Of a stretch of DNA of 23,946 nt, positions 8,688 through 20,700 are shown piece by piece. Source of the stretch: a virus (lineage: Duplodnaviria; Heunggongvirae; Uroviricota; Caudoviricetes); the IMG/VR virus record IMGVR_UViG_2617270941_000003, positions 1 through 23,946 of that record; one strand, 5' to 3'. Within the stretch, counting starts at the first letter, position 1. The number at the start of each line of letters is the position of its first letter. The notes beneath the pieces were generated by a model. That model ran no database searches. It was not told the DNA's origin and saw only the letters and a list, made by a program, of their open reading frames with translations. Made by a program: the position numbers and the translations under genes.

Positions 8688-8725
8688 AGACCCGGCAGGG
8701 CTATCCCCGACGGGTCTCATTTTTG
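8688..8725 (+). terminator. Rho-independent terminator of the YeaR-like gene
   Basis: AGACCCG (8688-8694), loop, CGGGTCT (8711-8717), then CATTTTTGT. Confidence 0.6.
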
Positions 8726-9420
8726 TAAATATATTGGTTCTACATTGACAGGAGACTTCAACCATAAGAAGTAATCTGAATACTTGAGCAATAAATTTAC
8801 TTAAGATTAATGAGCGCACCTTGCCGGACAAAGATAAACCAAGGTAACACCTTTTTTCTAGCCAGTATGTAATCAATCAGAAAGCCGCTCCATAAGAACA
8901 ACAGCAAGACAATAAATTGCCATTACAGCCGCAATAGCCAGCGCACATTTGAGAACCAGCACGACAACCCCCTGTATTAGACGCACACCAGTCCTGATAA
9001 ATATGAGGCTGTCTCGTCAGTGATTCAATACAACTATTGGGTATAGTTTCTGTGATTTTATTCTGTAGAAATGGAACACAACAACCAGTCACCACCAGCA
9101 CTTCTTTAAATACGCCAAGTCCGACGCAAGCTAACCTTCTAGTCCGCTTTGAGCGAAAAGCGGACAGGAACATTCTGGTTAATAGATATCAATGCTAACA
9201 AAAAAGCTCCCGATGGAGATTTTGAAACCGCTTCCACATAATGAAATAAAAGGATTTATTTCTGATCATGCCCACACATTGACCACGTCGAAGTAAGTAG
9301 CTCCGCTTCGCGGAGTTACTTAAGATAATTTCTATGTAGTTCCATGCTATGATTTAATTTTCAAGTTACAAAATCTAAATCTACAAATGTCCATTTGGGT
9401 GTAAAATTACACAATCCTAT

Positions 9421-11746
<2,326 letters not shown>

Positions 11747-12047
11747 TTTAATTACCTTATATATCCAAACTCTTAATTTTCTCTTTTTTACCATAGGATT
11801 AATCCAAAATAAAGACCTTGTTGACTAAACCCTCATGTACAAAATGCACACTTACTCAAAAGGATCTGGAGGCAATCTCGACCTCCATGATTTAGTTCCT
11901 AGGGATAAGCAGAAATCTAGCACTGGATTAAAATTTAAAAATAATAATCAATAGGTTATAATGGTTTTTATTCGCATCCATGGGATCTGCTGCTGCCCGC
12001 ATGATGTTGGATGCGACGGCGCTGGCACGACCTCACCCGGTGAAACG

Positions 12048-12492
12048 ATGAAACGCGAAAGGGTTGTTCTTCGGGAAGGTGCAGTTGGACTTTCAATCGA
12101 TGACGTTGCAAAAGAGGCTGGCGTCAGTAAGGCAACGGTAATGTACGATCATAAGTCAAAGCAAGATTTGCTCAGCGATCTCATCAGTCGCCTTATGCCA
12201 GTAGAGGAGGAACGTGTTCAGCAAGCGATAGCGGAAAGTAATAATACCCCACATCCCGCACTCTATGGGCGAATTATTTCAGCCAGTAATGCTCTCAGTC
12301 ATACTGAGAGCAGTAGTGCTGGCGGTCAGCGAATCGTTAACTAACGATACGAATATCAGGGACACCATGCGTTCCTGCACAAACAAAGATTTGGATGAGA
12401 TAAAAAGAGGACCAAAACCAGACGTTGCCGTCCTGGTATATTTGGCGTTATCTGGTATCTACTGCCAAGAATTTTTTGATTTTTACAAATGA
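12048..12492 (+). pseudogene. TetR-family transcriptional regulator, apparently frameshifted, divergent from the three-gene operon
   Basis: The first ORF (frame of 11961..12344) carries a TetR-type helix-turn-helix (LSIDDVAKEAGVSKATVMYDHKSKQDLLSDLI) from an internal ATG at 12048. A second overlapping ORF (12265..12492) in a different frame could be the remaining C-terminal domain. Confidence 0.4.
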
Positions 12493-12765
12493 TCTCCTGG
12501 CGAGCGAGATAAAATTATCGAAGGCATTCGCTGTTTGTATGAATCATACCCTTACAAGTCTGAATAAATAATGTCTCCGGGAATGACATTTCATGTGCGA
12601 CTAATTCGCGATATTCCTATACGTAAAGGTCCGCTTTTGGCACAAAGTGGACAACCACGCTAGCTCTACCCTGTGCCACAAAATGTCAATTTGCATCTGA
12701 ACTAATGCACTTTAATCTCGTCACTTCAATAAATACCGAACATCCCCCTGATAAAACGACAATAT

Positions 12766-13143
12766 TCACTGCATAACTTCACTCTTCAGGCACTCGCGAC
12801 AGATTATGTTCAGACGCCTGTCGTAACGGCGTATTTCTCCGTCTGGTAATGACCAGATAAGGTCAGGATCAACCACAACCGGTTTCTTCACCTTTGTCCT
12901 TGATAGTTTTTTGCGGGCGTTTTGCCAGTCTTTACGCGCCTGCTCAGACGGGAATAATCCGTAGCCTGAATTGTAAACATCACCACTGGCGACTAGTTCT
13001 CTGGCGAGAGTGCTTATGTAATACCTTGATGCACCGGTTTTAGCCTCCAGAGCCCGTAACGTCTCGCGACCGCTCAGAGGTACAAGTTCAACAACCTGTC
13101 CTTTAATTTTTTCTCGCTCTTCTGGTGTAAATACTTTTGCCAT
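12766..13143 (-). CDS. Hypothetical phage protein (125 aa)
   Basis: ATG at 13143 with GGAGG 5 nt upstream; the track's longer ORF begins at an upstream TTG. Follows the preceding gene after a 15-nt gap. No family recognised. Confidence 0.5.
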   Translation of the reverse strand: MAKVFTPEEREKIKGQVVELVPLSGRETLRALEAKTGASRYYISTLARELVASGDVYNSGYGLFPSEQARKDWQNARKKLSRTKVKKPVVVDPDLIWSLPDGEIRRYDRRLNIICRECLKSEVMQ

Positions 13144-13158
13144 AGGTGCCTCCGGCAA

Positions 13159-13920
13159 TCACTTTTCCGATGCAACATGGCGGGAAGAATCAGTAATCTG
13201 TCGTACAATATCCCTGTGCTTGTTCAACTCACGCAGCGCGGCGCAGACACGCTCCCACTTCTGGACATGATTTTTCGCCCGACGCAGTTCGCGGTTTGCC
13301 ATATGCAGTGATGGTAAAACCAGGTCATCCGCTCGCGTTTCAGTAAACGATGGCAGCGACTGCACAATGTCCGCCACAGTTTCTGTTTTAATATCTTCCT
13401 GTGTTGCAGCCTCCTGTACTGGTAACGCAACACCTGCGGTCTGAGGAAAGGCCTTACCATCAGTTTCCGCTACCGATGCTGCTTTCGGCTCTGCTGGTAA
13501 ATTATCGCCCGGTATGCAGTAACGAAATTTACCGCCCTGATTTACGCGAATCAGACGACCTTTGCTGATTGCCATTGCCAGCGTTGAAGCCACTTTGCGT
13601 GATGTGGTACCAAACAATGTAGCCAGCTCATCAGCCGTTTGTGGTCCTCGTTGTTCAATCGTCGCGGTTAAATCGCACTCTGAGATTTTCGCTACTGTTG
13701 CTGTGGTGATTTCTTCCGGCAGTTCTGCCTGCGCTGGCTGTTCCTGCTGAACATTGTTATCAGCCACACGCCAGGTGTACGCGCTTTTATCAACAAAACC
13801 AGCCTTTTTCAGTTCCCATAGTTCGTTCAGCACTTCTTCACGACTGATATCAAGTCGCGCAGCAAGTTCTATGGATGTGGCTTTTCCCATTGCTTTCAGT
13901 GCGTCAAAAACAGTCTCCAT
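13159..13920 (-). CDS. Hypothetical phage protein with two winged-helix-like segments (about 254 aa)
   Basis: ATG at 13920 with GGGAGA 8 nt upstream (the track ORF extends to 13971 and would overlap the DnaC-like gene). Segments [30 protein letters not shown] and [33 protein letters not shown] look like DNA-binding winged helices. Confidence 0.5.
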
Positions 13921-13942
13921 TAAATTTTTCTCCCGGTAAAAA

Positions 13943-14689
13943 TTACTTCGCAATTCCTGGCTGGACGACATTCGGACGCCAGCTCTCCCAGTTAAAATTC
14001 ACCCATCGCCCGCCGTTCATGGTCATGCGATCCATAATCCGCTCGCCGAGCAATGTTTTCATGGCCTCATAGTTCAGGTTTGTCAGCATCCCCACGCTGC
14101 GCATCGACGCTGTCCGGCGATCAACAATCTGGTGCAGTACCACCTGCTCGTTTTTCGTCTCGCGCTGAATGCCAATTTCATCAAGAACCAGCAGATCCAC
14201 TTCGCACAGTTCCCGCAAAAATTTTTCGCCTGACTGCCCATCGTCATAGCTGGCGTGCAGGGCACTCATAACATCAGCCACGGTAACCACAATCACTGTC
14301 TGACCGTCTTTCAGCAGGCGATTCCCGATAGCTGCCGCTAAGTGGTTCTTCCCGGTACCAGGTTTTCCGCTGAACGCAAAATTTGTACACCCGGTCATCA
14401 GTTCATCAGCGATGGATTTCGCCTGACTCAACGCGTATCGCTGCCCTTCGTTCTGCACCTGGTAATTCGAAAACGAGCATTTGCGGTGCAATGGCTGGAT
14501 GCCAGAGCGATTCAGAATTTTTTCCACCCGCAACTGACGATTCTGACGGTTGATCTCCTCACAACGTTTCTGGCCTTCGGAAAGTTGCCACTCGCGCCAC
14601 TCCGCTACCGTCTTGAATGGCGCGGTTACATGTGACGGGGCCAGTCTGCGGATACGTTCAAGAACATCGCCTGTCGCAATATTTTTCAT
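13943..14689 (-). CDS. ydaV: DnaC/IstB-like AAA+ helicase loader (lambda P-analogous replication protein)
   Basis: 248 aa with Walker [12 protein letters not shown] and Walker B LLVLDEIG. Length and position match Rac YdaV. Confidence 0.85.
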
Positions 14690-14695
14690 GGTCAG

Positions 14696-15553
14696 TTACC
14701 CCCTGAAGCCTGGCGGGATCGCACTATCCGGTAACGAGACGGTGTTAACCTGTCGGAGTAACGTCTCAGGTCGAACACCTTTCGGCGCGAACAAGCCCTG
14801 GTATTCATTGGCGATGCTGTGTCGAATCACCTGCTCAGGTGAAAAACCCTGCTGGCGGAATTTTTCCAGCTCCCGTATCGCCCCGTTAGCGCCCTGCTCC
14901 GTTCGAATCGGTTTTCGCAATGCCTGGCGAAATTCAACCCACTCACGCCAAAGCGAGACAGAAATCCAGTTCGGCAAAGTAATATCCAGAGGGTCAAACT
15001 TTTTGACACCTCGATTCCCCCGGGGGGGATTTAGGGGGGGATCTGTTTTTAGATCTTTATCTGTATCTTTATTAGTTGCCTTTGTGTTGACATCATGTTC
15101 AAACACCACTTCAACATCTGTTTGAACACCTGTTAAATTTCTCTCTTGTTTTGTTTGAACATCTGCTTCCTTTCTGCTTCTTCTGGCCTGAACAGATGCT
15201 TTTCCTGCGGCTGATTTTTTGGTTAATTTTTCCCTGACTGATGCCAGATCTTCCTCAATCCGAAGATGCACCCATTCCTCGCCGTTATCGCAAAAAAACT
15301 CCTGCAAGGATGGTTCAACATCAGCCCATCGCTCGTTAGTCAGACGGGCAATTTTTGCCAGCCTGTTTTTAGGTATTGGCTTTCCTGTTTGCCAGTAATT
15401 GAACATCAGCAACAAATACGCACCATGCTCCTCTGCTGACAAATGCATGGTGTCAGCCAGGTAATCAGCTATGTACAGTTGCATGTATGGTAATGCGGCC
15501 ATAATTGCCCCGTATGATGCTGCCCGGTGGCTTAGAATAAGCACAAACAGCAT
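14696..15553 (-). CDS. ydaU: YdaU-like replication protein (O-like initiator, DUF1376-type)
   Basis: 285-aa ORF immediately upstream of the DnaC-like gene, matching the YdaU length I recall. Contains internal iteron-like repeats and homopolymer tracts. The start is uncertain; an alternative ATG lies at 15502. Confidence 0.7.
   Translation of the reverse strand: MLFVLILSHRAASYGAIMAALPYMQLYIADYLADTMHLSAEEHGAYLLLMFNYWQTGKPIPKNRLAKIARLTNERWADVEPSLQEFFCDNGEEWVHLRIEEDLASVREKLTKKSAAGKASVQARRSRKEADVQTKQERNLTGVQTDVEVVFEHDVNTKATNKDTDKDLKTDPPLNPPRGNRGVKKFDPLDITLPNWISVSLWREWVEFRQALRKPIRTEQGANGAIRELEKFRQQGFSPEQVIRHSIANEYQGLFAPKGVRPETLLRQVNTVSLPDSAIPPGFRG
15096..15161. repeat. Iteron-like 10-bp repeats inside the O-like gene (candidate replication origin)
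   Basis: TGTTCAAACA at 15096-15105 (inverted) and TGTTTGAACA at 15119-15128 and 15152-15161 (direct), each flanked by CATCTG. Lambda's origin likewise sits as iterons inside the O coding sequence. Confidence 0.4.
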
Positions 15554-15728
15554 GGAAACTTTTGCTTAATGAACAATGACAGAATCGTCGGAAGAACCGC
15601 CGCCGCTGAAATGCGCTTTCCGGTAAGGGGTTAAGTAGCCAGCCCGAGGCGTATGAACATGACGGCGGGATTCAAATTTTGCAGTGCAGCAGTTAGTTCC
15701 GCCACCCGGCGTTAAGGGGAGAGATAAG

Positions 15729-15863
15729 ATGGTGCATTACGAAGTAGTTCAGTATTTGATGGATTGTTGCGGTATCACTTACAACCAGGCTGTGCAGGCT
15801 TTACGCAGCAACGACTGGGATCTCTGGCAGGCAGAAGTCGCTATACGTAGCAACAAGATGTGA
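15729..15863 (+). CDS. ydaG: Small protein, probable YdaG homologue (44 aa)
   Basis: ATG with AGGGGAGAG Shine-Dalgarno. Translation MVHYEVVQYLMDCCGITYNQAVQALRSNDWDLWQAEVAIRSNKM. Length and position match Rac ydaG; sequence identity was not checked. Confidence 0.5.
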   Translation: MVHYEVVQYLMDCCGITYNQAVQALRSNDWDLWQAEVAIRSNKM

Positions 15864-15873
15864 GATTCGCAAA

Positions 15874-16029
15874 ATGCAAAAAATCGACCTCGGCAACAAC
15901 GAATCCCTGGTGTGCGGCGTGTTCCCCAACCAGGATGGAACGTTCACTGCCATGACGTATACCAAAAGCAAAACATTTAAAACCGAAACTGGTGCGCGCC
16001 GATGGTTGGAGAAGCACACAGTAAGCTAA
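15874..16029 (+). CDS. ydaF: Small protein, probable YdaF homologue (51 aa)
   Basis: Translation MQKIDLGNNESLVCGVFPNQDGTFTAMTYTKSKTFKTETGARRWLEKHTVS. Follows ydaG after 10 nt; its 3' end overlaps the convergent sieB stop by 4 nt. Confidence 0.5.
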   Translation: MQKIDLGNNESLVCGVFPNQDGTFTAMTYTKSKTFKTETGARRWLEKHTVS

Positions 16030-16514
16030 CGATTAAAACGTCTACTCCTGCTGTTCCAGAATAACTTCATAAAATGGGAGTATTTTTCGGTGACGAGATA
16101 ATAAGAACAGTTTGCGCTATCACTCTGATGTTGAATGATGCCCTTCCGTTCTAATTTTTTCATAACCGGGTTACGGCAAGGAGAAGTGATAATAAGATTT
16201 CCTGTTTTAAGGAAATCTTTAAATACAGCGATTTCTTTCTCAGATAAACGAAGCAATACTCGTTGCTCTGGTAGTAATGAATAATGCTTTTGAATATGTG
16301 CTCGCAATCTTGAGAAGGAAATGGCGACCACGAAAGAAAAGGCAAAAACGATAATCTGAAAGAGCCAAGGTATTTCAGTATAAGCATTGAATGCGACAGT
16401 AAACTCTTTCGGTATCAGCCAGAGAGTGAGACCAAAAATGATAATCGTATACATAAGTCTTTCGAGTGGCTCGTTTGCAAAAAGTTTCAACAATGGAGTA
16501 AATACATCCAACAT
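16026..16514 (-). CDS. sieB: Superinfection exclusion protein B-like membrane protein
   Basis: 162 aa from the internal ATG at 16514 (MLDVFTPLLKLF...), matching the Rac SieB length, with several TM helices. Divergent from kilR as in Rac. Confidence 0.7.
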   Translation of the reverse strand: MLDVFTPLLKLFANEPLERLMYTIIIFGLTLWLIPKEFTVAFNAYTEIPWLFQIIVFAFSFVVAISFSRLRAHIQKHYSLLPEQRVLLRLSEKEIAVFKDFLKTGNLIITSPCRNPVMKKLERKGIIQHQSDSANCSYYLVTEKYSHFMKLFWNSRSRRFNR

Positions 16515-16955
16515 ATCAATAACTCTCAACTGTAAGGGTATTGAAATGTTAACACAAGCTCTCGCTGTAGGGGTATAGCCGAGACCACCGAAGCCCGGAG
16601 GTGGTGAAATAAAACCGGGCACAACACGAAGGCGCATTTCCGATATCCATAAAGAGTCGGTCTTGTCTGTTAAATTTAAATGGTGGGAGTGCGCCTCCGG
16701 TTGTAAATAACGACATTGCTGTGTGTAGTCCTGGCGGCATCAGTTTTTTTCTTGAAGTTCGGCTGATGTCCGCCCTTTTTAAAGTGAATTTTGTGATGCG
16801 GTGAATGCGGCTAAGCGCACGTGGCACAGTTAAAAGTCATGTTAGTCCTTATTGGTTTGGGTGGGAAAGCCGACTGTAATTGTTAACTGGTTGCAGTCAC
16901 CTGGAGGCACCAGGCACCGCATCAACAAAGTTCATTTGTAAAAATGGAGATAATT

Positions 16956-17177
16956 ATGATTGCACATCACTTCGGAACTGATGAAATACCACGTCAGTGT
17001 GTGACTCCTGGTGATTATGTTCTTCATAACGGCCGGACATATATTGCCTCGGCAAACAATATTAAAAAGCGAAAACTTTATATTCGTAACCTGACCACAA
17101 AAACATGCATTACTGACTGCATGATTAAAGTCTTCCTCGGTCGTGATGGTTTACCTGTAAAGGCGGAGTCATGGTGA
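16956..17177 (+). CDS. kilR: KilR, FtsZ-targeting cell-division inhibitor
   Basis: 73 aa from [46 protein letters not shown]..., matching Rac KilR as recalled. Confidence 0.8.
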   Translation: MIAHHFGTDEIPRQCVTPGDYVLHNGRTYIASANNIKKRKLYIRNLTTKTCITDCMIKVFLGRDGLPVKAESW

Positions 17178-17347
17178 TGACTAAGAAAATAAAATGTGCT
17201 TACCACCTTTGCGATAAAGAAGTTAAAGAAAGCAAAAGCATTAAAAGACCACTTCATTTCATGCGTGGAGTTATCCCAACGACGGAAATGAAAAAATATT
17301 GTAGTGAAATATGTGCCGAAAAAGACCAGATGGCACACGAAATTTAA
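17177..17347 (+). CDS. ydaE: YdaE-like small zinc-binding protein (56 aa)
   Basis: Translation [56 protein letters not shown] with C-x-x-C...C-x-x-x-C spacing. Its start overlaps the kilR stop. Below the ORF-track length cutoff. Confidence 0.65.
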   Translation: MTKKIKCAYHLCDKEVKESKSIKRPLHFMRGVIPTTEMKKYCSEICAEKDQMAHEI

Positions 17348-17421
17348 TTAACTGACTATGCGAAACTGAATTTATGCCAGCAATGGCAGGGATTCGCTCA
17401 ACCTTAATTAAGGAGAAAAAC

Positions 17422-17697
17422 ATGATTACCAGTTATGAAGCCACTGTTGTAACTACTGATGACATTGTTCACGAAGTTAATCTGGAAGGAAAGCGTATTG
17501 GCTACGTGATTAAAACAGAAAATAAAGAAACCCCATTCACTGTGGTTGATATCGACGGTCCATCAGGCAACGTTAAAACACTTCACGAAGGTGTCAAAAA
17601 AATGTGCCTGGTGCATACCGGAAAGAATCTGCCCGCAGAAAAAAAAGCCGAATTTCTGGCAACTCTAATTGCAATGAAATTAAAAGGTGAAATCTGA
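17422..17697 (+). CDS. racC: RacC protein
   Basis: 91 aa from MITSYEATVVTTDDIVHEVNLEGKRIGYVIK..., with AGGAGA Shine-Dalgarno 6 nt upstream. Confidence 0.8.
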   Translation: MITSYEATVVTTDDIVHEVNLEGKRIGYVIKTENKETPFTVVDIDGPSGNVKTLHEGVKKMCLVHTGKNLPAEKKAEFLATLIAMKLKGEI

Positions 17698-17798
17698 AAG
17701 AAATAGCCTGCGTATGGCGCAGGCTATGAACAGTGTGTATCCGGCAAGATCATTCACTGAACAAAACGAATTTTAATCTGAGTTGAGGTTAAAAAACA

Positions 17799-20700
17799 AT
17801 GAGCACAAAACCACTCTTCCTATTACGGAAAGCGAAAAAATCATCCGGTGAACCTGACGTCGTCCTGTGGGCAAGCGACGATTTTGAATCGACCTGTGCC
17901 ACTCTGGACTACCTGATCGTTAAGTCAGGTAAAAAACTGAGCAGCTATTTTAAAGCTGTTGCCACGAATTTTCCTGTCGTTAATGACCTGCCCGCTGAAG
18001 GTGAGATCGATTTTACCTGGAGTGAACGCTACCAACTCAGCAAAGACTCCATGACATGGGAACTAAAACCGGGAGCAGCACCAGACAACGCTCACTATCA
18101 AGGCAATACCAACGTCAACGGCGAAGACATGACTGAGATTGAGGAGAATATGCTACTCCCAATTTCTGGCCAGGAACTGCCCATTCGCTGGCTTGCTCAA
18201 CACGGCAGCGAAAAACCGGTAACGCATGTTTCACGCGACGGACTCCAGGCATTACACATTGCTCGGGCTGAAGAACTACCGGCTGTTACTGCCCTGGCTG
18301 TTTCCCACAAAACCAGCCTGCTCGACCCGCTGGAAATTCGCGATCTCCACAAACTGGTTCGTGACACTGACAAAGTTTTCCCTAATCCTGGTAATTCAAA
18401 CCTGGGACTGATAACTGCTTTTTTCGAAGCATACCTGAACGCTGACTACACCGATCGAGGACTGCTGACAAAAGAGTGGATGAAGGGTAATCGTGTTTCA
18501 CACATCACTCGCACGGCTTCCGGTGCTAATGCTGGCGGCGGAAACCTCACCGATCGCGGCGAAGGTTTCGTACACGATCTGACGTCACTGGCGCGCGACG
18601 TAGCCACTGGCGTACTGGCCCGTTCAATGGATCTGGACATCTATAACCTTCATCCGGCACACGCTAAACGCATTGAGGAAATTATCGCTGAAAATAAACC
18701 GCCCTTTTCTGTTTTCCGCGACAAATTCATCACCATGCCTGGCGGGCTGGATTATTCCCGCGCCATCGTGGTTGCGTCCGTAAAAGAAGCACCAATTGGG
18801 ATCGAGGTCATCCCCGCGCACGTCACTGAATATCTGAACAAAGTACTGACTGAAACCGATCATGCCAACCCTGATCCGGAAATCGTGGATATTGCCTGCG
18901 GTCGCTCCTCTGCCCCAATGCCGCAGCGTCTAACAGAAGAAGAAAAACAGGATGATGAAGAAAAACCGCAACCATCTTGCGCAATGGCAGATGAACAGGC
19001 AACGGCTGAAACAGTGGAACCGGATGCAACTGAACATCATCAGGACACGCAGCCGCTGGATGCTCAGTCACAGGTAAATTCTGTTGATGCGAAGTATCAG
19101 AAACTGCGGGCAGAACTCCATGAAGCCCGGAAAAACATTCCGCCCAAAAATCCTGTCGATGCAGACAAATTACTGGCTGCCTATCGCGGAGAATTTGTTG
19201 AAGGGATTAGCGACCCGAATGATCCGAAATGGGTTAAGGGGATCCAGACCCGCGATTCTGTGTACCAGCATCAGCCAAAAACGGAACAGAACGACCGAAA
19301 ATCGGAACAAAACGGCCAAAATGCGCGACAAAATGAACCAGAAGCGCAACAGGAACCGGAAAAAGTCTGCGCCGCCTGCGGTCAGACCGGCGGCAGTAAC
19401 TGCCCTGACTGTGGCGCGGTGATGGGCGACGCAACATACCAGGAAACATTCGATGAAGAGAATCAGGTTGAAGCTAAGGAAAATGATCCGGAGGAAATGG
19501 AAGGCGCTGAACATCAGCACAAGGAGAACGCTGGCAACCATCCGCATCACGATTGCAGTGATGAAACTGGTGAAGCGTCAGCTCATGTAGCAACTGAAAT
19601 CATGTGGCCATCATATTTCGAGCCTGGCCGCTATGAAAACCTCCCGAGCGAGGTTTATCACTCCGCCAACGGAATAAGCAGCACAATGCTGAAGGATGCC
19701 CGCATCAGTCTGATGTATTACCACGGGCGGCACATTGCCAGGACTATTCCGAACGAGGAAAGTGATGCATTGCTGCGTGGGCGGATCATTCACAGCTATG
19801 TTCTGGAAACGGATAAATTCGCTGATGAATATGCCATTCCGGTACCGGTTCCTGAATATGTGGTTACTACTTCTAACGAACTGATCACCATCATTAAAAA
19901 ACACAATGCCAGTCTGCCATCACTGATGACACCAGAGCAGATGAAAGAGTGGATCGAAAGCTACAACAGCACTCTTATACAGCCACTGTCGGTAAGCGCT
20001 GGGGCCGAAGAAACAGGCATCCTTTACGGTTCGCTTCCGGAGGAATTTCGGCGTATTCCTGAGGGGGAAAAACACAAAGCATCAGCAATGAAAGCCTGTA
20101 TTAAAGAATACAACGCAAGCCTCCCTCCTCTGCTGAAAACCAGTGGAACACGGGAGCAGCTTCTGGAGCAAATTGAAACTGTAGATCCAGAACTGGCAAA
20201 AAAAGAACGTGCTAAATCGTTGCCTTACAACATCAGTGGCACAAAAGAGCAATTAACCGAAATCGCCCGGAAAATTCGCCCGAAACTGGTAACACTGGAG
20301 GATTGGCAAAAACGCCAGCAAGAAGAAAATGCAGGAAAAACGTTTATCAGTCCAGATATGTATGAACAGGCAAAAAATATTCACGCGGCACTGCAAAACA
20401 ATACTGACGCGGCAAGACTACTCAACCACCCGGATCGCAAATCTGAAATCAGCTATTTCGGGTTTGATGAAGAAACCGGGCTGGAAATCAGGGTCCGCCC
20501 TGATATCGAAATCCGACTGCCATACGAAAGCATCTGCGCCGACGTGAAGTCAGTCAGCCTCGGTTATGTGCGGCAAGAACGACTAAAAGATCGCTTACAC
20601 CGTGAAATTATTGAACGTGATTATCACCTGAGCGCCGCAATGTACTGCGATGTGGCAAACCTGGACAAATTTTTCTGGATCTTCGTCAACAAAGATGCTG

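Noticed and set aside
8679-9173. Two minus-strand ORFs (65 aa and 98 aa) in the gap between the YeaR-like terminator and the SIR2-like gene
   Set aside because: Cys-rich, low-complexity translations with no Shine-Dalgarno or sensible start context, and the first overlaps the YeaR-like terminator hairpin. More likely non-coding or decayed remnant sequence.
15801-16019. 72-aa minus-strand ORF between ydaU and sieB
   Set aside because: Its interval is covered by two plus-strand small ORFs with strong Shine-Dalgarno sequences and lengths matching ydaG (44 aa) and ydaF (51 aa). The minus-strand translation looks non-protein-like.
16549-16827. 92-aa minus-strand ORF in the sieB-kilR intergenic region
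   Set aside because: Overlaps the better-supported sieB start and the divergent control region, has odd composition and no clear ribosome-binding site. Treated as a spurious frame.
18226-19904. Multiple 60-126 aa ORFs on both strands inside recE
   Set aside because: All lie within the 1030-aa RecE reading frame, which is strongly supported by homology. They are alternative-frame artefacts of a GC-richer gene.
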